This document shows positions 26,651-32,862 of a stretch of DNA of 32,862 bases, piece after piece. A program made the translations under genes and the position numbers. The notes under the pieces are model-generated. The model was given only the letters and a program-made list of their open reading frames with translations, did not search any database and was not told where the DNA came from. The stretch spans positions 1 to 32,862 of the forward strand of contig CAYMQI010000006.1 in the NCBI GenBank assembly GCA_964392715.1, written 5' to 3'. Within the stretch, counting starts at the first letter, position 1, and every line of letters begins with the position of its first letter. The stretch comes from an uncultured Pseudomonadales bacterium (lineage in GTDB: Bacteria; Patescibacteriota; Microgenomatia; UBA1400; CAYNFZ01).

Positions 26651-27766
26651 ATGAAAGACCTTATCGTCTGCCTCGAGGAGTTGTTGCGCCAACTTAAAGA
26701 GCTCAAGGCCAATCTACACATAAACTCCAAAAAACAAACCCTCCTTACTCTCCAGGGCAAATCCGTCGCTCCCAATTTCTGGCAAGACGACCGGCACGCA
26801 AGAGGAGTGATGAAGCAAATTTCTGACTTGGAAGAAGAACTTGCCTCAGTCACAAGTCTCGAGCAAAAACTCCAGGAGCTTCTTAGTCTTTGTCACCTCT
26901 CAAAAGATTCCGGCGAGGACTTAATTCTTCAGGAACTCACCAACGAAGTCAGTAAAGCCGAAGCCGCTTTCAAAGCTCTCCAATTAAACACCTACCTCTC
27001 CGGTCCCCACGACCACGCCGATGCCATCCTCTCCATCCACTCTGGACAAGGCGGTACCGAAGCCATGGACTGGGCCGAAATGCTCAAACGCATGTATCTC
27101 CGCTTTTTCGAGCGGCGTGGCTGGGACCACGACACTCTAGAGGAAAGCCTCGGCGATGAAGCCGGCATCAAATCCGTTACTTTCCTGGTCAAAGGCAAAC
27201 TTGCCTACGGTTATCTAAAAGGGGAGTCGGGCACCCACCGACTGGTGCGCCTTAGCCCCTTCAACGCCGACAACCTCCGCCAGACCTCTTTTGCCGGCGT
27301 CGAGGTCCTGCCATCCTTGGAACATAGCGACATCAAAATTGATATTCCGGACACCGATTTAGACTGGCAATTTTACCGCTCAGCCGGAGCCGGCGGCCAA
27401 AACGTCAACAAAGTCTCCACCGCCGTCAGACTCACCCACAACCCTAGCGGCATCGTCATCAACTGTCAATCACAGCGCTACCAACAACAAAATAGAAAAA
27501 TCGCCCTCGATATGCTCAAGGCCAAACTTTGGAGCCTCGAAGAAGAAAAACGCCAGAAAGAACAAACCCATCTGAAAGGGGAGCACAAAATCGCCGGTTG
27601 GGGCAACCAAATCCGCTCCTACGTCCTTCACCCTTACCACATGGTCAAAGATTTGAGGACAGAGGTCGAAACCAGCAACACCGACGCCGTCCTCGACGGT
27701 GATTTGGACGAATTTATCCAAGCCGAACTCACCCTTCACCAACAACCAATCACCAAGCATCAATAA
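26651..27766 (+). CDS. prfB: Peptide chain release factor 2 (uninterrupted, no programmed frameshift)
   Basis: SPF tripeptide (RLSPFNA), GGQ (SAGAGGQNVNKV), SGQGGTEAMDWAEML. The N-terminal region is continuous through the position where the CUU UGA frameshift site normally sits. TATAAT at 26639-26644 is 6 nt before the ATG. Confidence 0.94.
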   Translation: MKDLIVCLEELLRQLKELKANLHINSKKQTLLTLQGKSVAPNFWQDDRHARGVMKQISDLEEELASVTSLEQKLQELLSLCHLSKDSGEDLILQELTNEVSKAEAAFKALQLNTYLSGPHDHADAILSIHSGQGGTEAMDWAEMLKRMYLRFFERRGWDHDTLEESLGDEAGIKSVTFLVKGKLAYGYLKGESGTHRLVRLSPFNADNLRQTSFAGVEVLPSLEHSDIKIDIPDTDLDWQFYRSAGAGGQNVNKVSTAVRLTHNPSGIVINCQSQRYQQQNRKIALDMLKAKLWSLEEEKRQKEQTHLKGEHKIAGWGNQIRSYVLHPYHMVKDLRTEVETSNTDAVLDGDLDEFIQAELTLHQQPITKHQ

Positions 27767-27792
27767 CCAAACAATCTCTAAACTCAAAATAC

Positions 27793-27869
27793 CAATGTTT
27801 TAAACATTTGCTAATTTAGTCTTGGAAATTGTTTGAAGTTTGATAAATTGGTTACTGGTCATTAATCAC
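27793..27869 (+). repeat. Second copy of the shared spacer blocks (prfB to downstream gene)
   Basis: CAATGTTT (27793; part of the palindrome AATGTTT-T-AAACATT at 27794-27808), TTGGAAATT (27822), AAATTGGT (27845), GTCATTAATCAC (27858). Confidence 0.65.
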
Positions 27870-27908
27870 AAGTGGTTTTTACCGATTTTTCTGCTATCAT
27901 TAATTTCA

Positions 27909-28499
27909 ATGCTCAAAACCGATCAAAAACCCAAAGCCACCACACCCCCACCAGAGCCCACCGCGCCCTCGGGTAGCTCCGACAATAAAATTTTGAAAAA
28001 AATCGCCACTCAGGCAGACAATCCTCAACCTATGTCCCCAACTCCTTCCCCATCATCCTCCAAACCTCTCGTAACCATCTTGGTCGCTTTCCTTCTGGTT
28101 GCAGCCGGCACCGCCACTGGCCTTGGCGTCTCCAAAGTCATCAGCATTGGCACCTCGGCTCCAGTCACTAAAACTGCCCAACAAGCTTCCCAAGAAGGCG
28201 TTGCCGTGGGTGACATTATCGGCCTTCCGGACAAAAGCACTTTCAAGGACTCGGCCCAAGGCGTTCTGGTCAAGGGCGGCACCGGCGGCGAAGGCTCACA
28301 CCACCTCCTGCGTGAAGGCGGCGCCGACCAAAACGTTTACCTTACCTCCTCAGTCTTGGATCTTGATCAGCTCGTAGGCCACAAAGTCGAAGTCTGGGGG
28401 GAAACTTTTGCTGCCCAAACAGCCGGCTGGCTCATGGACGTGGGCCGCACCGAAGTTTTGGAGTTAAACGCCCAACCGCCATTTGTTGAAAAGCAATAA
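27909..28499 (+). CDS. Hypothetical membrane-anchored protein with Pro-rich N-terminus
   Basis: MLKTDQKPKATTPPPEP..., TM LVTILVAFLLVAAGTATGLGV, then a globular C-terminal domain (GSHHLLREGG...VEVWGETFAAQTAGWLMDV). ATG 27909 preferred. The track TTG 27840 would translate the repeat spacer. Confidence 0.65.
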   Translation: MLKTDQKPKATTPPPEPTAPSGSSDNKILKKIATQADNPQPMSPTPSPSSSKPLVTILVAFLLVAAGTATGLGVSKVISIGTSAPVTKTAQQASQEGVAVGDIIGLPDKSTFKDSAQGVLVKGGTGGEGSHHLLREGGADQNVYLTSSVLDLDQLVGHKVEVWGETFAAQTAGWLMDVGRTEVLELNAQPPFVEKQ

Positions 28500-28517
28500 C
28501 CACCAACGCCCCTGCAT

Positions 28518-29264
28518 ATGATCACTTTCGATAAAGTCACCAAGACTTTCCCCAACCAGTTCACAGCCCTTGAAGACATCACCTTCGAAATCGAACCCGG
28601 AGAGTTCGTCTTTGTCCTGGGGCCCTCAGGTTCCGGCAAGACCACCCTTTTGCGCCTGATCCTCCGCGACACCCGCCCCACTTCCGGCCGCGTCCTCGTC
28701 GCCGGCCAAGACATCGGTCTCCTGCCCAACAAGGAAATCCCCAATCTCAGGCGCCAAATCGGCGCCGCCTTCCAAGACTTCAAGCTCATCATGGACAAAA
28801 CTGCTTTCGAAAACATCGCCCTAGCGTTGGACATTCTCAAAAAAACCGACCGGGAAATCACCTCTACCGCGACTAAACTGCTCGAAAAAGTCGGCCTCTC
28901 CGGCAAGGAACACCTCTTCCCCGCCCAACTCTCCGGCGGCGAAATCCAACGCGTCACCATCGCCCGCGCCCTGGCCCTCGACCCCGTCCTCCTTTTTGCC
29001 GATGAACCAACCGGCAACCTCGACAACCAAACCTCCGCCCCAATTATCAACCTCCTCTCCGACATCAACCAGGCAGGGACCACTGTCATCATGGCTACCC
29101 ACGACCGCGACCTAGTCAACCAATTTTCCAAACGCCAGCTCCACCTCGACCAAGGCAAACTCGTCAAAGACACCAAGAAAAAGAAAAAGGCAAAAAAAGA
29201 AGACAAACCCGACAAAAAACCAGATCACAAAAACACAGAATCAACAGCGCCACAAACCAAATAA
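28518..29264 (+). CDS. ftsE: Cell division ABC ATPase FtsE, with Lys-rich C-terminal tail
   Basis: MITFDKVTKTF..., GPSGSGKTTLLRLI, LSGGEIQRVTIARAL, LFADEPTGNLD. About 30 extra residues follow: KDTKKKKKAKKEDKPDKKPDHKNTESTAPQTK. Confidence 0.92.
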   Translation: MITFDKVTKTFPNQFTALEDITFEIEPGEFVFVLGPSGSGKTTLLRLILRDTRPTSGRVLVAGQDIGLLPNKEIPNLRRQIGAAFQDFKLIMDKTAFENIALALDILKKTDREITSTATKLLEKVGLSGKEHLFPAQLSGGEIQRVTIARALALDPVLLFADEPTGNLDNQTSAPIINLLSDINQAGTTVIMATHDRDLVNQFSKRQLHLDQGKLVKDTKKKKKAKKEDKPDKKPDHKNTESTAPQTK

Positions 29265-29274
29265 TTTCAATCCC

Positions 29275-30144
29275 ATGAAATCCTTAAACAAAGCCCTCAC
29301 CAACATCCGCCGCACCCCCTACCAATCCACCGCCGCTATCTTGGTCCTGACCATCACCTTTCTCGTGGCCACCATCGTCACCTACTTAACCGTCGGCCTC
29401 TATCAAGCCTTAACTTACTTTGAAACCAGACCCCAAATCCTCGTTTTTTTCAACCCCGACGCCAAACCAGACCAGATTGACTCGCTCAAACAGCAGCTCC
29501 AGACCGACCAAAACGTCACTCAAGTCACTTATGTCGCCCAAGACGAAGCTCTCGATATCTACAGAAACCTCAACAAAAACGACCCCCTGCTCCTTGAACT
29601 CGTCACCGCCGACATCCTGCCGGCAAGCCTGGAAGTCTCCACCACCAACCTCGACATCATCCAAAACGTCTCCACCACCCTCCAAGGCGCCCCCGGCGTC
29701 GACGAAGTCGTGTTAAGATCCGACGTCGTTGACATCCTCAACCGCTGGCTCAAAGGCATCCGCACCGCCGGCTTAGCCTTTGTCGCCGTTATGGCTATCA
29801 CCTCTATCCTCATTGTCGTCATCGTCGTTGGTATGAAAATTGCCGGCAAACACCAGGAAATTGCCATCCTCCAGTTAATCGGCGCCAGTCCTTGGTACAT
29901 CCAAAGCCCATTTTTGCTCGAGGGCGCCCTCTATGGCCTCATTTCCTCACTCGTCGCCTACACCTTGGTTACCACCGGCCTGTTATACTCTACCCCGGCG
30001 ATCTTAAATTTCGCCGGCGAAGTTCCTCTCCTCCCCAACTCACTCCCCGTTCTTGCTAGCGTCGCCGGTTTTTCCCTGATTTTTGGCCTGCTTATCGGCA
30101 CTTTAGGCAGCTGGATCGCCCTTAGACGTTTCTTAAGGTCATGA
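29275..30144 (+). CDS. ftsX: Cell division permease-like protein FtsX
   Basis: 289 aa. NIRRTPYQSTAAILVLTITFLV, an extracytoplasmic domain (VTYVAQDEALDIY...), and three C-terminal TM segments with EIAILQLIGAS. Confidence 0.9.
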   Translation: MKSLNKALTNIRRTPYQSTAAILVLTITFLVATIVTYLTVGLYQALTYFETRPQILVFFNPDAKPDQIDSLKQQLQTDQNVTQVTYVAQDEALDIYRNLNKNDPLLLELVTADILPASLEVSTTNLDIIQNVSTTLQGAPGVDEVVLRSDVVDILNRWLKGIRTAGLAFVAVMAITSILIVVIVVGMKIAGKHQEIAILQLIGASPWYIQSPFLLEGALYGLISSLVAYTLVTTGLLYSTPAILNFAGEVPLLPNSLPVLASVAGFSLIFGLLIGTLGSWIALRRFLRS

Positions 30145-31313
30145 GAACCCTCAAACTGTCGCTTATACTCCTTACTCTCGCCATCTTTCTTGGCACCTCC
30201 TCTGCCGCCATCTTCTCCCAAGGGACCGAGGACGACCTCACCCAAAAAAAGCAGGAAATCGACCAAATCCAGCAAGAGATCAACCGCCTCCAAGGCGAAA
30301 AACAAACCCTCTCCTCCACCATTGCCTACCTAAACTCCAAGATCAAGCTCACCGGCGTCCAAATTAGCCAGACCGAAGCAGAACTGAGACAGGTCCAAGA
30401 ACAAATCAAGGACTTAACCGGAAAAATCGTTGTCATCGACGCTTCCCTTGCCGACCTGACCGACCAACTCCTCAGCCGGGTCAGGCAAACCTACAAACAA
30501 AGCCGCGTCAATCCATTCTTCTCCCTGCTGACCTCCTCCGACAGTTTTGCTCTGATGATCGACCGCCTCAAATACTTGCAGATCGCCCAAAAGAAAAATC
30601 ACCAGCTGGTGACCCAGCTCGAGACCACCCGCACCGACTATGACCAGCAAAAAGCCCAAAAAGAAGAAAAAGAGCAAGAACTCGACGCCCTTACCGCCAA
30701 GCTCGAAGCCCAACGCGCTTCCTTGGCCATCCAGCAACAAGACAAAAAGAACCTTCTTGACGTCACCAAAAACGACGAAAAACGCTACCAAGCTGAACTG
30801 GCTCAAAAGTTGGCCGAGCTCGAAGCCATTCAATCGATTATCGCCGGCAAAGGCCAGGAAAGTCAGGTCAAGACCATCGCCCAGGGCGACACCATCGCCT
30901 CTATCATTCCCGGCTCGTCACCTTGCTCATCGGGAGGCCACCTCCACTTCGAAGTCGTCGTTGGCGGCGGCCACAGGAATCCCGCCGAATACTTGACCTA
31001 CAAAGACGTCGTTTGGAACAATCAACCGGATGGTTCCTTTGGCTTTAATGGCTCCTGGCCTTGGCCTTTAAACGACCCCGTGAGAATTACCCAAGGCTAT
31101 GGCATGACTTTCTATGCTTCAGTACTGCGCTACTACGGCGGCTCGCCCCACACCGGCCTTGACATGGTCAACAGCGACTACCAAGTCAAAGCGGTCCAAC
31201 CCGGCACCCTCTATCGAGGCGCCATTGGTTGCGGCGGTGGCACCCTCCGCTACGTTCACGTCAAGCACACCGACGGCGGAGCGGACACCTACTACCTCCA
31301 CGTCAACTACTGA
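30141..31313 (+). CDS. Secreted coiled-coil M23/LytM-family peptidase (EnvC-like) with reordered catalytic motifs
   Basis: Signal peptide, a coiled coil of about 200 aa, then GGHLHFEV (30939-30953 encodes HLHFE) placed before PHTGLDMV (HTGLD 31149-31163). Protein ends ...YYLHVNY. ATGA overlap with the ftsX stop. Confidence 0.85.
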   Translation: MRTLKLSLILLTLAIFLGTSSAAIFSQGTEDDLTQKKQEIDQIQQEINRLQGEKQTLSSTIAYLNSKIKLTGVQISQTEAELRQVQEQIKDLTGKIVVIDASLADLTDQLLSRVRQTYKQSRVNPFFSLLTSSDSFALMIDRLKYLQIAQKKNHQLVTQLETTRTDYDQQKAQKEEKEQELDALTAKLEAQRASLAIQQQDKKNLLDVTKNDEKRYQAELAQKLAELEAIQSIIAGKGQESQVKTIAQGDTIASIIPGSSPCSSGGHLHFEVVVGGGHRNPAEYLTYKDVVWNNQPDGSFGFNGSWPWPLNDPVRITQGYGMTFYASVLRYYGGSPHTGLDMVNSDYQVKAVQPGTLYRGAIGCGGGTLRYVHVKHTDGGADTYYLHVNY

Positions 31314-31447
31314 CACGTCCTCATACCCCAATTTCCCTACCCAACCCCAACCCTATCCCCACCAACTCCAAACCCTATCAAAACCAAATCCCGACCGGCC
31401 CCAACCCAATCCAAGCCAGTTATAACGCTAATTCTCCCCAATCTTCC

Positions 31448-31476
31448 TTGCTCCCAGCTACATAGCGTGGGAGCAA
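31448..31476 (+). other. 9-bp hairpin after the M23 gene
   Basis: TTGCTCCCA (31448-31456), 11-nt loop, TGGGAGCAA (31468-31476). Followed by an A-rich rather than U-rich tract. Preceded by about 125 nt of nearly G-free C/A-rich sequence. Confidence 0.45.
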
Positions 31477-31525
31477 AATCAAAAACTAGACATTCAGCCA
31501 AACTTTCGTCACACTAGACTTCAAC

Positions 31526-32353
31526 ATGCGTCTACCAGCCATTGTTGCTCTATCCTTGGCTTGTTTTCTCTTATCTTGTTATTTTCAACGAGCCTTAGCC
31601 ATTGACGTTACTTTTCAAGACGCCCCCACATCAACCAATTACGACCAAGAATCAACCCTCACCGCTTCAGTCTCCGGCTCTAACATTGCCGGCAAAAACT
31701 ACTACATAAGAGCCGCGTTTTTTCAAGAAGGCAAAACCAATTACTTCGGCTACACAAAAAACCAAAATAGCCAATGGAACAACCAACCCTCAGAAATCGA
31801 CCAATACCTAAAAATCACCATTGGCCCGGACAATTATTGGAGTGGGGCAGTCGTCATCAAACCAGACTCCGACAGTCCTTACTTCAAAGGCAAGGGCGAT
31901 TATCTCCTTAAACTCGGCCGCTATACAGAATCCGGCACCAGTGTCAGTTGGGGCAACACCATCGCCAACATCTACATCAACGCTCCCGATCCCACCCCCA
32001 CTCCCACTCCTATCCCCACCCCAACTCCAACACCTACTCCAAACCCTTCACCTCCACCCTCTCCCCCGTCAACCCCCGAGGTTGACTCCTCTGGCAACCT
32101 CGGTACATCTTCAGGTTCAGACGGGCAAAATTCATCCACATCATCCACCTCTTCCGTCCTGGGCATTACTTCCTTATCAGTCAACCGGCAAGACCAACCA
32201 GCACCAACCACTACTCCGGATGAAGGCTCGACCAACAAATCCAAAACCTACCCTCTTTTCTTTATCGGCTCCGGAGCCGTCTTTCTCGCCGCCGCCGCCC
32301 CCAAACTCAAGGAGTTGATCGCCCCTCTATCGCAAAACCGCTCTTCGGGTTAA
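31526..32353 (+). CDS. Secreted or surface protein with Pro/Thr linker, Ser-rich region and C-terminal TM anchor
   Basis: Signal peptide MRLPAIVALSLACFLLSCYF, a globular N-terminal domain of about 125 aa, PDPTPTPTPIPTPTPTPTPNPSPPPSPPSTP (DNA about 31987-32077), and C-terminal YPLFFIGSGAVFLAAAA. Confidence 0.75.
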   Translation: MRLPAIVALSLACFLLSCYFQRALAIDVTFQDAPTSTNYDQESTLTASVSGSNIAGKNYYIRAAFFQEGKTNYFGYTKNQNSQWNNQPSEIDQYLKITIGPDNYWSGAVVIKPDSDSPYFKGKGDYLLKLGRYTESGTSVSWGNTIANIYINAPDPTPTPTPIPTPTPTPTPNPSPPPSPPSTPEVDSSGNLGTSSGSDGQNSSTSSTSSVLGITSLSVNRQDQPAPTTTPDEGSTNKSKTYPLFFIGSGAVFLAAAAPKLKELIAPLSQNRSSG

Positions 32354-32393
32354 AATTGACGGGTTCGCCAAACTTGTCGAGAGCGAGCCAGTC

Positions 32394-32441
32394 ATGCTGA
32401 GCGTGTCTTGCCCGATGTGACTTGCAAGACAGTCGAAGCAT
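32394..32441 (+). other. Structured hairpin with symmetric GAGCG/GUCGA internal loop (second copy of the motif)
   Basis: ATGCT (32394-32398) pairs with AGCAT (32437-32441). Inner stem TGTCTTGC (32404-32411) pairs with GCAAGACA (32424-32431). The internal loop is GAGCG on one side and GTCGA on the other, compatible with tandem sheared G.A/A.G plus one G-C pair. Confidence 0.55.
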
Positions 32442-32452
32442 CTAAACAAAAC

Positions 32453-32815
32453 ATGAAATCTAAACCCAAGCAGTTTATCAGCCTCTGGTTTCCAGTTATC
32501 ATCTGGGCCGTCTTCATCTTCGCCCTCTCGTCCCTCTCCTCCCTCCCTACCGCCCAAAAAATCTGGTGGGATTACCTCCTCAAAAAAGGAGCCCACGTCT
32601 TCGTCTATGCCGTTTTATATTTTTTGACCGTCCGCGCCCTCAAACACAAAACCTTTCACAACTACGCCTTGGCCTTCGCCCTCTGTGTCGCCTACGCCAT
32701 CTCCGACGAATTTCACCAATCCTTCACTCCTGGCCGCACCCCCAAGCCGACCGACGTTGGCTTTGACACCATCGGCATGACCGTCACCTACCTCCACCTC
32801 AACAACCTTATCTAA
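32453..32815 (+). CDS. VanZ-like family membrane protein
   Basis: MKSKPKQFISLWFPVIIWAVFIFALS..., AYAISDEFHQSFTPGRTPKPTDVGFDTIG is the VanZ signature. ATG 32453 preferred because the track start 32408 lies inside the hairpin. Confidence 0.82.
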   Translation: MKSKPKQFISLWFPVIIWAVFIFALSSLSSLPTAQKIWWDYLLKKGAHVFVYAVLYFLTVRALKHKTFHNYALAFALCVAYAISDEFHQSFTPGRTPKPTDVGFDTIGMTVTYLHLNNLI

Positions 32816-32862
32816 ACCACGGAGTCCCTTTTCCGCTTCTCCTACTCTTACTACTTGTTCTA

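Noticed and set aside
26651-26760. Looked for the programmed +1 frameshift site (CUU UGA) that autoregulates prfB in many bacteria.
   Set aside because: The RF2 reading frame is continuous from ATG 26651 through the region that aligns with the usual frameshift site (…LKELKANLHINSKKQTLLTLQ…). There is no in-frame UGA and no upstream partial ORF.
28367-29215. 282-aa ORF on the minus strand, along with other long minus-strand ORFs (18206-18931, 16132-16719, 17656-18063, 8920-9366 and others).
   Set aside because: Each lies antisense to a + strand gene with unambiguous conserved motifs (ftsE, the hydrolase, secA, lysS). Their translations are low-complexity (G/V/E/R-rich) with no recognisable motifs. 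They are explained by the C-ending codon bias, which removes stop codons from the antisense strand.

Overview
All 32 genes I can support lie on the + strand; no rRNA, tRNA, CRISPR array, transposase or integrase was seen by eye. The content looks like a small-genome, CPR/Patescibacteria-like bacterium (inference from gene content only), using the standard genetic code: RF2 is present and TGA ends lysS, secA and ftsX.

Gene order:
- atpA (3' fragment), atpG, atpD (broken by a 1-nt frameshift), atpC, greA
- three consecutive GT-C membrane glycosyltransferases
- lysS and a NIF3-family gene
- a 627-bp AT-rich gene-free island
- a secreted FN3 protein, an HD hydrolase, a NUDIX hydrolase, serS, a 48-aa SD-driven small ORF, secA
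- an ~8.4 kb envelope or biosynthetic block: alpha/beta hydrolase, membrane-anchored MurF-like ligase, DegT aminotransferase, FemAB-type transferase, a MacA/MacB-type three-gene exporter, two small membrane proteins
- prfB (no programmed frameshift), a membrane protein, ftsE, ftsX, a coiled-coil M23 peptidase
- a Pro/Thr-linker surface protein and a VanZ-like protein

Most notable observations:
1. atpD is split by a single missing G.
2. The FtsEX-linked M23 peptidase carries its catalytic motifs in reversed (circularly permuted) order.
3. A tightly coupled hydrolase/Mur-ligase/DegT/FemAB operon plus exporter sits between secA and prfB.
4. A TATAAT-like hexamer lies exactly 6 nt before the ATG of at least five genes, predicting leaderless mRNAs.
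5. Intergenic motif families recur: CUGAGCR...GUCGAAG hairpins with a tandem G.A internal loop, TTGnnn-N17-TAAAAT promoters, and shared CAATGTTT/TTGGAAATT/AAATTGGT/GTCATTRATYAC spacer blocks.
6. Spacers are built from local 7-15 nt tandem repeats.
7. The coding strand shows extreme C>G bias, which produces many long spurious antisense and alternate-frame ORFs.
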